Assembly (NCBI RefSeq): GCF_964213995.1
Contig: NC_135807.1
Coordinates: forward strand, 47,554,001-47,618,000
Direction: 5' to 3'
Origin: Mustelus asterias
Taxonomy: Eukaryota
DNA length: 64,000 nucleotides
Shown here: piece by piece, positions 49,355 to 61,462 of the stretch
Numbering within the stretch: position 1 is the first letter of the stretch
How the letters are laid out: each line of letters starts with the position of its first letter
The notes under the pieces: model-generated
Seen by the model: the letters and a program-made list of their open reading frames with translations, nothing else
Database searches by the model: none
What the model was told of the DNA's origin: nothing
Program-made: the position numbers and the translations under genes

Positions 49355-49705
49355 TTTTATTCATTCATAGGACATGGGTGTCACTGGCTGGCCATCACTT
49401 ATTGCCCATCCCTAGTTGCCCTTGGAGGGCAGTTGAGAGTCAACTGTATTGCTGTGGCTCTGGAGTCACATGTAGACAAGACCAGGTAAGGACGGCAGAC
49501 TTCCTTCCCTGAAGGACATTAGTGAACCAGATGGGTTTTTCCAATAATCGACAATGATTTCATGGTCATCATGATTCTTAATTCCAGGTATCTTTTATTG
49601 AATTCAAATTCCACCATCTGCCATGGTGGGATTTGAAGCCGGGTCCCCAGAACATTAGCTGACTTTCTGGATTAATGGTCTAGCGATGATACCACTAGGC
49701 CATCA
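49355..49705 (-). mobile_element. Family C SINE nested in Gypsy integrase
   Basis: Reverse complement of the 22478-22830 family. Confidence 0.8.
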
Positions 49706-49756
49706 CTTCTTCATGACAGACATCATTCGTCAATTTGTCTCCATGGAATTTTATCA

Positions 49757-50050
49757 TTTTATTTATTTATTAGTGTCACAGGTAGGCTTACATTAACACT
49801 GCAATGAAGTTACTGTGAAAATTCCCTAATCGCCACACTCCGGCACCTCTTCGGGTACACTGGAGGAAGAATTTAGCATGGCTAATGCACCAAACCAGCA
49901 CGTTTTTCCGACTGTGGGAGGAATCCGAAGCACCCAGAGGAAACCCACGCGGACACAGGGAGAACACGCAGACACCGCACAGACAGTTACCCAAGCTGGG
50001 AACCTGGGTCCCTGGCACTGTGAGGCAGCAGTGCTAACCACTGTGCCGCT
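49757..50050 (-). mobile_element. V-SINE-type SINE, tail B
   Basis: Head, core and tail B. Confidence 0.88.
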
Positions 50051-50524
50051 TTGCACATGCACTCAGCACACACATGGGACTTTAAGCATATCACGAGCAA
50101 CCCCCCTATATCTATGGTGAAACAGTCTGGCGGTTTGCTGGACCAAGCATCTTCTCGAGAAATGTGCGCAGGATCGCACAGGCTACCATGCTGCACTCCT
50201 CAGCCTGCACAATCTACCAGGACACGGCCTGTTCTCAACAGCACAACAACTCTGTTCAGCCATACCTGGGCCATGATTCCTACTGCTAATGTTCTGTTGC
50301 AGCCCAAACTTGATACAAATGTGAATGATGCCTTCCTGCAACGCAGTTTGAGAAGCAAAACGCACTACGATCGAGTTACCCACAGACTCAACCCTCTAAT
50401 GTGTGGTCAAATGGCCAGTTGGCAGTGGTATATATGCCCCGCATGTCAAACAGTTACACAACCCAACAATTGCACAATCGCCGGCACTTCTACAGGTATT
50501 GGAATCAGCACCAACAGATGACAC

Positions 50525-51145
50525 AGTACTTAAATCATCTGACCTTTGGCACAAGCTCCACAAAAACTATAATTAAGAAAGCCCACTAACGCCTCTACTT
50601 TCTCAGAAGACGAAGGAAAGTTGGCATGTCCACTACGACCCTCAGCAACATTTACAGATGCACCATAGAAAGCATTCTTTTTGGTTGTATCACAGCTTGG
50701 TATGGCTCCTGCCCTGCCCAAGACTGCAAGGAACTACAAAAGGTCATGAATGAAGCCCAATTCATCACACAAACCAGCCTCCCATCCATTGACTCTGTCT
50801 ATACCTCCCGCTGCCTCGGCAAAGCAGTCAGCATAATCAAGGACCCCACGCACCTCAGACATTCTCTTTTCCACTTTCTTTCAACGGGAAAAAGATATGA
50901 AAGTTTGAGGTCATGTACCAACCGGCTCAAGAACAGCTTCTTCCCTGTTGCCATCAGACTTTTGAATGGACCTACCTCGCACTAAGTTGATCTTTCTCTG
51001 CACCTTAGCTATGACAGTAACACTATATTCTGCACCCTCTCCTTTTCTTCTCTATGAACGGTATGCTTTGTCTGTATAGCATGCAAGAAACAATACTTTT
51101 CAGTGTATACCAATACATGTGACAACAATAAATCAAATCAAATCA
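50525..51145 (+). mobile_element. Rex1/Babar 3' end nested in Gypsy
   Basis: IKKAH*RLYFLRR...IYRCTIESILFGCITAWYG...NSFFPVAIRLLNG. Confidence 0.9.
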
Positions 51146-51587
51146 AGAAAGCCCCCATACCAGTCGACATGTCAATTACTCCAAAGGCTAACGCACCGAG
51201 CCCTGCACATACAGGATGTGCTGACAGAAAGTTTCTGGTGATTCACACTAAGGACACTGGCCAGAGAAGGACTATAACACCACGAACCAGGATAACTATA
51301 TGCTCAGAGCACCAGAGCAAACCGAACACGAGGTTCCAGGACTTTATTACCACGGGGGCTTAGAACTGGCTTTCGAATTTCAGCTTTCAATGACAAAAAC
51401 CTTGGGGCCGGCGAGGTGGGGGGGGGGGGGGGGGGGGGGCGGCTGCAACCACTTAGTTTGTGCCTCTCTGTATATGTAAACAGTTATGCATTGTTAGCCT
51501 GTTTAATTTGTACGTTTCACAATGGTCTGTACATAGGTTCCTGTTGTTACGTCTCATGCCACCAGGGGTTCCAACTAACCCAGTAGA

Positions 51588-51776
51588 TGCAGAACGAGTG
51601 GTCATGTGAGAATATAATCATGTGGCTACAAAAGGGGTCACATGGCAGAAGCATGGGAGTTATCCTTGGGAGCGCAGGCGGAGCACAAGTGTTGAAATAG
51701 CTGCTAAGCTGGTGAATCAACTATTCTTTGTTGAAAGTCCTTGCTGTCAGTGATTCAGGAACGCACTACATTTACA
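51588..51776 (+). repeat. 3' LTR
   Basis: TGCAG...TTTACA, homologous to 45820-46000. Confidence 0.85.
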
Positions 51777-51914
51777 AATACAATAATATAACATTCCCCT
51801 TTCCCTGAAAAAACACATAGCACCTCTATATCAACATAACTGTATAACAATATAACTATATCAATACATAGTTATATATATATTGTTATACCAATATAAT
51901 TATATCAATATTCT

Positions 51915-53311
51915 GTTATTCAAGAAAGGGAGAAGAGATAGACCGGGAAATTATAGACCGGTGAGTCTAACCTCAGTGGTTGGTAAGTTGGTAAGTTGAT
52001 GGAGAAGATCCTCAGAGGCAGGATTTATGAACATCTGGAGAGGAATAGTATGATCAGAAATAGCCAGCACGGCTTTGTCCAAGGCAGATCATGCCTTACG
52101 AGCCTAATTGAATTTTTAAAAGATGTAACTAGACGAGGGAAGAGCGGTAGATGTAGTTTATATGGATTTCAGCAAGGCGTTTGATAAGGTGCCCCATGCA
52201 AAGCTCATTGAGAAAGTGAAGGGGCATGGGATACAAGGGGACATTGCCTTGTGGATTCAGAACTGGCTTGCCCACAGAAGGCAAAGAGCGGTTGTAGATG
52301 GGTCTTTTTCAGCATGGAGGTCGGTCACCAGTGGAGTGCCCCAGGGATCTGTTCTGGGACCCTTGCTCTTTGTGATTTTTATAATTGACCTGGATGAGGA
52401 AGTGGAAGGATGGGTTGGCAAGTTTGCTGATGACACAAAGGTTGGTGGGGTTGTGGATAGTGTAGAGGGGTGTCAGCAGTTGCAACGAGACATAGATAAG
52501 ATGCAAGACTGGGCGGAGAAGTGGCAGATGGACGTCAACCCAGATAAGTGTGGTGGTTCATTTTGGCAGGTCGAATAGGATGAAAGAATATAATATTAAG
52601 GGTAAGATGCTTGGCAGTGTGGAAGATCAGAAGGATCTTGGGGTCCGGGTTCATAGGACGCTTAAAGCAGCTGTGCAGGTGGAGGCTGTGGTTAAGAAGG
52701 CGTATGGAATACAGGCCTTCATCAATAGAGGAATTGAGTTTAGAAATCTGGAAATAATGCTGCAGCTGTATAGGACCCTGATCAGACCCCACCTGGAGGA
52801 CTGTGCCCAGTTCTGGTCGCCTCATTACAGAAAGGATGTGGAAGCCATAGAAAGGGTGCAGAGGAGATTTACAAGGATGTTGCCTGGATTAGGTGGCATG
52901 CCTTATGAGGATAGTTTGAGAGAGCTAGGTCTTTTCTCCTTGGAGAGGCGAAGGATGATGGGTGATCTGATAGAGCTGTATAAGATGTTGAGGCGTATTG
53001 ATAGAGTGGATTCTCAGAGGCCTTTACCCAGGGCTGAAATGGTTGCCACAAGAGGTCACAGGTTTAGGGTGCTGGGGAGTAGGTACAGAGGAGATGTTAG
53101 GGGTAAGTTGTTCACTCAGAGGGTGGTGGGTGCGTGGGATTGGCTGCCGGTAGTGGTGGTGGAGGCGGTCTTTTAAGAGACTTTTGGATAAGTTCATGGA
53201 AGTTAGTAAGATAGAGGGTTATAGGTAAGCCTAGTCGGAAGGGACATGTTCGGTGCAACTTGTGGGCCGAAGGGCCTGTTTGTGCTGTGGCTTTTCTATG
53301 TTCTATGTTCT
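51915..53311 (+). mobile_element. 5'-truncated CR1 (RT through 3' tail), frameshifted
   Basis: NYRPVSLTS, MDFSKAFDKV, FADD; (TTCTATG)n tail. Confidence 0.95.
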
Positions 53312-54499
53312 AACTGTTTCAATCTTAACTTTTCCTTCTAAAAAAAATTAACAATCACATTTTAATGAATAAACTGAACACTTTAAGAGTGCTTTGTTGC
53401 TTGCTGTCTTTTCTCCGAACAAGCATTATTCAGGGTATTGTGTAGATAGTAGGATGTTGTTCCTCCATCTTATAGATTTAGCATTCATTGCTGTCATTGA
53501 TGAGTAATCAGGCTGTACAGGCGATATTGTACATTTTGCTCCTGGTGTTGTAGGAGTCATATTTGATGTTGCTAATACTTGCTGGTGACGTTGTTGATTC
53601 TGCTGTTGATGTTTATCTTACTGGTTACTGATGTTGCTGGTGTTGTTAGTGACAGTTGTTATTGGGGATGATCTTATCGGCTCGTTCCGCTGGTCAATCG
53701 GCGAGGCGAACCGACATGATCGGGCAAAAGGTGAAAAATCAGGATTGTCTCTCGCGATCTTACCGGCACTGATTTGCTGGCGAAATCGGATTCGCACCCA
53801 AAGAGGAGGCAGCATTTTGCTTGGCAGAGTTGACTTATACTTTCTTCCACTCAACTGCTCTGCAAGCAATTTCATATCGACCTTCAGAGGCATAGATCAG
53901 AGTGACGATAAGACAAGGTTTGGGTCTTCCTTCGTCTCATGGCATTTTGGGTTCTCTTGTACATGTGCATACTTCTTTTTATGAACACGTGTCCCCTCAG
54001 GTAATGTGATGATTAGATGATGATGTTTAACTCATTGTGTTCAGTGAATCCTTAAATTCTCTAGAGGTGAATTGGGTTCCATTGTCACATAGTATTCTTT
54101 AAGATGTGGTCAGGTGTACTCAGGGTACATCTGTACTAGATCTTCCTTGCTTCATTCTTGGGAAAGCAAGACCAAATGTTTCAGTGAGGTAGAATATGCA
54201 GTTAACTGCATATTTTCTATTTAGGTTGTTCCTAGCTGATGAATCTCAGTTTCCCCCACATGTTGTTAGCATGCTGTTTCTCAGGTTCAAATTAACTTTG
54301 CTTTTACTTTCAAATTTTCAGGTAAGATATCCTGGTGCAGCCTGAGCAAGATGATGTTACTCTGTCCTCTGGTATCAATTTTCAGCATCAGATTTTTGGT
54401 TGTGAGCTTATTTCTCACCTCCTTCCTGATCTGAAAGGTTCTGAGATTTTTTTCTCGTCGCATCCAGCCATTATATACAGTTGGATGGTTCCTATGCCT

Positions 54500-54703
54500 C
54501 GGGCAGGATTTTCTGCCCCCTCAGCTGCGTGTTTTGCAGAAGGGGATGTGGCCCACCATTAGCCAATGGCAGGATTATCCAGTCCCGCTGCTGTCGACGG
54601 GTTCGCTATTGTTCCCACCCTCTACCGCAGATTCCGTGGCAGCGGAATTTTGTCAGCAGGACTGGAAGATCTCACTGGCAGGAATGACTGGAGAATTTTG
54701 GCC
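54500..54703. mobile_element. MITE, PIF/Harbinger-type
   Basis: TIRs GGGCAGGATTTTCT / GGAGAATTTTGGCCC; similar to 31787-31995. Confidence 0.65.
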
Positions 54704-54737
54704 CTACTGTGTCTTCAAACCCATTGTTACCACAGAA

Positions 54738-55052
54738 CCATAGAATCCCCACAGTGCAGAAGGCGGCCATTCGGCTCTTTAAGTCTGCACCAACCACAAT
54801 CCCACCCAGGCCCTATTCCCGTAACCCCTCATATTTACCCTGCTACTCCCCCTGACACTAGGGTTAATTTAGCATGGCCAATTAACTTGACCTGCACATC
54901 TTTGAACTGTGGGATGAAACCCGGAGGAAACCCACTCAGACACGGGGAGAATGTGCAAACTCCACACAAACAGTGTGTCCCCGAGTGAGGAATTGATCCT
55001 GGGTCCCCAGCACTGTGAGGCAGCAGTGCTAACCACTGTGCTACCATGCCAC
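54738..55052 (-). mobile_element. HE1-type SINE
   Basis: Head, core and CR1-type tail. Confidence 0.88.
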
Positions 55053-56078
55053 CTCTATGGTATGGGTGATTTAGTTTCTTTTACTTTTAATTCACCCTAT
55101 TGCTGTTTCCGGTACCTCGTTTACCATCTTCTTTCTTTGTCCTGCCCAGCCTTTTCCAGTTATAGGGCTTTCCACAAACTCTGCAATTCTCCCCATATGC
55201 AAGACATTTCCTTCTGCTATCTTTCGTTGTGCTCACGTCATTGTGCATATTCTTGCCCATCTGTCTGGAATGCATTAATTTGCTGCTGTTTCACAGCATC
55301 AGCTCTGCTACCTTTCTCTTGACTTAATGGAAAGTTAGCCACTGGGATAGTCAGCATCTTCAACTGGCTACTCATGGCTTCATGTGCTTTGGCAATGTCT
55401 AGATCTGCAATATTGTGGGCTTGTCCTTTCCAATCAAATGTTTTCGTACTTCAGGGTGTGCAGAGCCCCAGATGGGTTAATCTTCTTCATTAATGTCCTT
55501 GAATTTACATTTTCTGGCTGCATTTTTCAGTCTTGTTAGGGAATTGTCAACAGGCTCACTTCATTCCTACCTCGGACTTTGAAATTCGTATCGGTGGATC
55601 CGATGATTTGATTTTGGCTGGAGCTGTGTGTTGAATTTTCCAAAAATTTTATTTTGGTTTCTTCTACTGTCTTCATTCAGCTCTCAGGTATTAAACAAGT
55701 TGAACTCTTCCTATTCTGCCTACAAATGAATATCGGAACTGACTGTTTCCTCTTTGCTGGTGCCTTTTAGAAAGTCATGTGAATATCAGTCCACACGCTT
55801 GTTTTAACTTCTCAAATGCTGCTACAACATCATCATAATTCATCATGGACTGAAGCTGTCCATTCATCATTGCTGCACCATTTTGTTTTCATGCTGGTCT
55901 TTCAGTTTTTCTCTCCCTCCCTCGGTCACTAATTATGGTTTATTTTGAATCTATTTCAGCATCAAATTCATTAAAAATGTTTGGCGTTTCTCTGATAGAC
56001 AACCCGCTGCCACCATGTGAGGTTAAGTGGTCCCAAAGGTTAGACATAATCAACTTCCGACTCAAAAATGCTGGAACT

Positions 56079-56400
56079 TCATAGAATCCCTACAGTGCAG
56101 AAGGAAGACATTCGACCCATTAAGTCTGCACCGACCACAATCCCACTCAGGCCCAATTCCCGCAACCCCTCATATTTACCCTGGTAATCCCCCTGACACT
56201 AGGGTTAATTTAGCATGGCCAATCAACCTAAACCGGAAATCTTTGGACTGTGGGAGGAAACCGGAGCACTCGGAGGAAACCCAGGCAGACACGGGGAGAA
56301 TGTGCAAACTGTATACAGACAATGAGCCAAGACTGAAATTGAATTTGGGTCCCTGGCGCTGTGAGGCAGCAGTGCTAACCACTGTGCCCCCATGCCACCC
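56079..56400 (-). mobile_element. HE1-type SINE
   Basis: Head, core and CR1-type tail. Confidence 0.88.
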
Positions 56401-56549
56401 ACTAATCATCAAATGTATTTCTTCAGTTCTCCACGTGGACTGATAGATCGATACTTGACACATGATTGAAGTGCAGCAGTGTATGTGGCACTGTGGGACA
56501 TATAGTCACACAATTAATTCCTAGCTCTTTATGAATAATATAGTATCAC

Positions 56550-56700
56550 ACCACCGCTGACCAGATGCAGCACCATGAAAAGCAGGTGAGTAATGTGCCT
56601 TCTCAGTGGTTACATGATGAGAAACAAAACATAAATGTGCCAGAACAGCAGGCCCATAAGATTTAGGAGGAACTGACTTTCTAACTAAAATATTAAGGAT
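56550..56700 (+). repeat. Old segmental duplicate, copy 1 (right part)
   Basis: CCTTCTCAGTGGTTACATGATGAGAAACAAAA and CCAGAACAGC match about 60100-60215. Confidence 0.75.
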
Positions 56701-57494
56701 CATTTCTGATTAACCATAAATGCAAATTCTTTTTGACACGTTAACTTCTGCTTTTGCAGCCTTTAGGTAATTGGAAAGCTGCTTTGTCGTGCTTTCACCC
56801 TTCCGTTTATATAATCAAGAAGCTGCAATCTGCATCACAGTACCAGCTTCCTTATATTGACTTAATTGTGATTTGCACGCTATTTACCCATTCCTATTGA
56901 GAAGCATTTTACTTGAAGAGTTGTGGCTGTCGAGAGCTACTTCATTATCATGCTTAGAAGTGTAGTATATTCAGACTGAAAGCATTGATTAAAGATTAAA
57001 GGCAATTATATAAATGGAGCTATGGTTTACTATTCTTTCCAGTATTATCTTGGCAACTGCTGCTTTTGCAATACAATTATTCGTTATCGGATCTCAGGGA
57101 GCGAGTCAATTTCAGGAATAAGAATCAAAGTTTCTGTTCCTGGTGAAAAGACAATAAAGCAAATCCTGTACATTCTTCACTTAGTCATTATTTTAGTTGT
57201 CCAATCCTCTATCAGTTCCTAGGGTGACATGAGAAATATTCATTTCTGAACATTTAAAAGGATGTCATTGTATTGTGGAGTAATATAATTGTAACATGGC
57301 TTTCTGATCCTGGGGCACTGAAATCATTTCAGAATAAAAACGTTTTGCTTTTATTTCATCTGCCAGCTGAGTCCTGTGGCATAGTATGTGTTTCCAGCTT
57401 TTAAATTCAGTTCAAGGATGGGTTGGCTGTGTTATATAATTAACATTGCTAACACATTATGACTGAGATTTTAAGCAATCAACTATTCCCTTCT

Positions 57495-57800
57495 AAACTA
57501 AAGTTAAAGTTTATTTATTAGTCACAAGTAGTGCATATTAACACTGCAATGAAGTTACTGTGAAAATCCCCTAATCGCCATTCTCCGGCGCCTGTTTGGG
57601 TGCATGAGGGAGAATTTAGCATGGCCAGTGCACCTAACCAGCACGTCTTTCAGACTGTAGGAGGAAACCAGTGCACCCAGAGGAAACCCATGCAGACAGG
57701 AGGAGAACATGCAGACTCCAGACAGATAGTGACCCAAGCTGGGAATCAAACCCGGGACCCTAGCGCTGTGAGGCAGTTGTGCTGACCACTGTGCCACCCC
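57495..57800 (-). mobile_element. V-SINE-type SINE, tail B
   Basis: Head, core and tail B. Confidence 0.88.
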
Positions 57801-58437
57801 TGGTTTTTGCTTCTTACAAGAAAATATTTGTGCCCTTTCAGTTTCTTTCTCCAGGAATGCTCCAAGTCCAACTTGACTCAAGTGGCTCATCCTCATGGAA
57901 GTCACTAAGCAGTAAGTTTTGACAAGTTGTTCTCTGATGGGGCATCATGGATGCAATACCATCCTTGTACAAAATGCACATGAACACACTTTGGATATTA
58001 AAATCCTTGCTGGAATTTAAGTCCTCCTTATAGGCCATTGAGACCAATTGTAGTATCTACATTGCTGAGATCAATTAACTCACCCCAAACTAGCTTTGAA
58101 CCTGGGTCATTCTGGTCCATGGGAGATCTTGTGGTGCAATGAATAACATCCCTGCCAGTACAGAACCAGTAGTGCAGAATTTGAGTCCCACCCACGACTT
58201 GATGGCCAAGGAAGGGGAATACATAACGTGGTCAAGCATGTGTCAACCTACAAATCCTTCCAAACACGCAAATGGCTGACAATAAAAGTGAGAGAGATTC
58301 CTGGTCTGCCATGCTCAATGTGGAGTGACTCCTTTCAATCTATAAGCCTTGGCGACAAACTTGCAACTTGTTTCGGGAACTAGCTATGGAAACAAATGGA
58401 AGTCTGCCTTAGTGACTGCTAGGTGCTTTATTTCAGT

Positions 58438-59590
58438 AAAACGTTTGATAAGGTTCCCCACGGTAAGCTATTGCAGAAAATACGGAGGCATGGGATTGAG
58501 GGTGATTTAGCGGTTTAGATCAGGAATTGGCTAGCTGTACGAAGACAGAGGGTGGTGGTTGATGGGAAATGTTCATCCTGGAGTTCAGTTACTAGTGGTG
58601 TACCGCAAGGATCTGCTTTGGGGCCACTGCTGTTTGTCATTTTTATAAATGACCTGGATGAGGACGTAGAAGGATGGGTTAGTAAATTTGCAGATGACAC
58701 TAAAGTCGGTGGAGTTGTGGACAGTGCGGAAGGTTGTTGCAGGTTACAGAGGGACATAGATAAGCTGCAGTGCTGGGCTGAGAGGTGGCAAATGGAGTTT
58801 AATGTGGAAAGGTGTGAGATGATTCACTTTGGAAGGAGTAACAGGATTACAGAGTACTGGGCTAATGGTAAGATACTTGGTAGTGTGGATAAGCAGAGAG
58901 ATTTCGGTGTCCATGTGCATAGATCCCTGAAAGTTGGCACCCAGGTTGATAGGGTTGTTAAGAAGGCGTACGGAGTGTTAGCTTTTATTGGTAGAGGGAT
59001 TGAGTTTCGGAGCCAGGAGGTCATGTTGCAACTGTACAAAACTCTGGTGCGGCCGCACTTGGAGTATTGCGTACAGTTCTGGTTGCCGCATTATAGGAAG
59101 GATGTAGAAGCATTGGAAAGGGTGCAGAGGAGATTTACCAGGATGTTGCCTGGTATGGTGGGAAGGTCTTATGAGGAAAGGCTGAGGGACTTGAGGTTGT
59201 TTTCGTTAGAGAGAAGAAGGTTAAGAGGTGACTTAATAGAGGCATACAAGATGATCAGAGGATTAGATAGGGTGGATAGTGAGAACCTTTTTCCTCGGAT
59301 GGTGATAGCTAGCATGAGGGGACATAGCTTTAAATTGAGGGGTGATAGATATAGGACAGATGTCAGAGGTAGGTTCTTTACTCAGAGTAGTAAGGGCGTG
59401 GAATGCCCTGCCTGCAACAGTAGTGGACTCGCCAACATTAAAGGGCATTTAAATGGTCATTGGATAAACATATGGATGATATTGGAATAGTGTAGGTTAG
59501 ATGGGCTTTAGATTGGTTTCACTGGTCGGCGCAACATCGAGGGCCGAAGGGCCTGTACTGTGCTGTAATGTTCTATGTTCTATGTTCTAT
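58438..59590 (+). mobile_element. 5'-truncated CR1 (RT C-terminal half plus tail)
   Basis: ORF 58552-59490 with GVPQGSALGP and FADD; (TTCTATG)3 tail. Confidence 0.96.
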
Positions 59591-59619
59591 GTAGGTGCAG
59601 GAACAGAATTAGAATTGTG

Positions 59620-60215
59620 GTCTTTTGGCTCACATGTATCAATAGAAAATGGTGCATTATCTGTTTGAGTTTATGGCAGACTGTTTCTGCTTGAGTCTGA
59701 GTGTTGATTACTATCAAGACCTGGACCTCTATAAAACAGAAAATGCAGACCAACAGGAATACAATTAAAACATTAGCAATAAAAAAAATGAAGTGACAAC
59801 AATTTTCCTTCAGAAGCTGAATTGTCAACCCATCAATTACCACTACAGACTGAGGTGAGAAGCTTTACTAAGGGGAAGAGAAAATTGGTAGGTGTTCCAC
59901 CCTATCCCATATTTTAGAAACACATGATAATTGTAGAACAGAGCTGCACTGATTGGTGAAACTTCTCTCTAACCTCTCATGAAAAATTAAGGATGCACAA
60001 CTCAAAAACATTGGAAAAAAATCAAAATACGACAAAGTAAGGAACTAAAATCTATAATATTCTAACAGTGATTCGTGTTGAGGTAACATTATCAGGTGCA
60101 CTGGTGTTGACTCGGTGCAGAATTATGAAGAGCAGAGTATGGTTCCTTCTTAGTGGTTACATGATGCGAAACAAAAGAAAATAGCCCAGAACAGCGGGCA
60201 CTTCTGAGGGAAAAT
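59620..60215 (+). repeat. Old segmental duplicate, copy 2 (contiguous)
   Basis: Colinear with 45190-45660 followed by 56550-56700. Confidence 0.82.
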
Positions 60216-60369
60216 AGCTTTTAAACTGTCAGTTCACACTGGATTAAGCAACAATCTTTTATCCTTACAAGCGGAATGCAAAACAATAGGACAGCAGTAA
60301 ATGTAACAGGCAGTGGAGTTCTCCAGCAACTTGCTTCGCCTTCCACAACAAGTGTGAGTGGTGCTCAAG

Positions 60370-61325
60370 TTTCCCTCCCTTTCCCTTCACACCTTCTCTC
60401 AACTTGTCTTGTCCAGATGCGACCCAATGCTACTCCCTCGATCTTATTCCAACCAAACTGCTGACTAACCAACTTTTCTTCCTGGTCGCAAGTTAACAGA
60501 AATAAAATCAGAAAATTATGGAAATAATCAGTTAACATAGGAGCATAGAAAATAGGAGGAGGAGGAGTTGGTCATTCAACCCTTTGAGCCTGTTCCACCA
60601 TTCATTATGCTCATAACTGATCTTGTATCTCAGTGCCATAGTCCTTCCCATACTCTTTGCAGCCTTTAGAGCCCATAAATCTATCTAGTTAGTCTAGTAG
60701 TATATAAAGTTAAAGTTTATTTATTAGTCACAAGTAAGGCTAACACTGTAATGAAGTTACTGTGAAATTCCCCTAGTCGCCACACTGCGGCGCCTGTTCG
60801 GGTCAATGCACCTAACCAGCACGCCTTTCAGACTGTGGGAGGAAACCGGAGCACCCGGAGGAAACCCACGCAAACTCCACATAGACAGTGACCCAAGCCG
60901 GGAATTGAACCTGGGTCCCTGGTGCTGTGAGGCAGCAGTACTAACCACTGTGCCGTCCACATATATGCAGAGAGAAATCTTTTCGCAGAACCACATTAGC
61001 TGATATTGTAAAGGTTATTATCTGATAATGTAAATCTGCTGCCATCACTCATCTCCTCAACAAACCAACCATTGATCCCATCTTGACCCCATGTCTTAAT
61101 CTCAACATCCTTTTCCTCTCCAAAAGTCCTTCAATGCATTGTTGCTTCCCAAATCAGTGCTCATTCTTTCCAACTCCATGATGGAATCCCTCCAGTCAGG
61201 TTTCCTCTTTGCTATTTCCTATATCACTGTGATAAAGATAAATTCTCTCCTTCCCTTTATCAGCAACCTTTGACACGATTAATCACACCAACTTCCTCCA
61301 ATATCATCATCACCATCCTCCAGCT
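60370..61325 (+). mobile_element. Degraded L2 LINE ORF2 fragment, interrupted by a CR1 tail (about 60535-60690, minus) and a tail-B SINE (60706-60958, minus)
   Basis: SLDLIPTKLL; KSAAITHLLNKPTIDP; NIxFLSK; ESLQSGF; TFDTINH. Confidence 0.7.
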
Positions 61326-61462
61326 CTAGAGATGTATTCACAGGAATGAAGAGCCAGGAGAAGCGGTGGCAAAGTTTGAGAGCACAATGACCCAGAACCC
61401 CCAATTTGCAGATGGTCATAGCCCCGTGCCCCCAGAATATGCTGAGGGACCCTTAGAAGTCA

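Larger units (their letters stand above)
45820..51776 (+). mobile_element. Decayed, internally deleted Gypsy element with both LTRs and at least seven nested insertions
   Basis: LTRs 45820-46000 and 51588-51776 (TG...CA, clearly homologous); PBS-like TGGATCAGAAGTTGG at 46001; protease KVKIDTGTMCNVL; RT GVITSVDKATEWVSGMV; integrase DFPWS...ADIFE. Confidence 0.9.
53330..56075 (-). mobile_element. Decayed, internally deleted Gypsy element (PBS, gag, integrase C-terminal region)
   Basis: PBS TGGTGGCAGCGG at 56015-56004; gag NHRIHRYEFQ...EPVDNSLTRLKNAA; most of pol missing; boundaries approximate. Confidence 0.7.

Noticed and set aside
56603-56632. V(D)J recombination signal (CTCAGTG + spacer + A-rich); also CACAGTG in SINE heads
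   Set aside because: The essential CAC is missing or there is no properly spaced nonamer; no Ig or TCR segments nearby
56604-56680. C/D-box snoRNA (ATGATGA...CTGA)
   Set aside because: No terminal stem; the duplicate copy has ATGATGC and different spacing; no recognisable rRNA guide
59580-59843. Minus-strand multi-pass membrane protein ORF
   Set aside because: Composition (F/I/L/V/H/Q) is what the antisense of a hydrophilic frame gives; the other copy is frameshifted and substitutions show no synonymous bias
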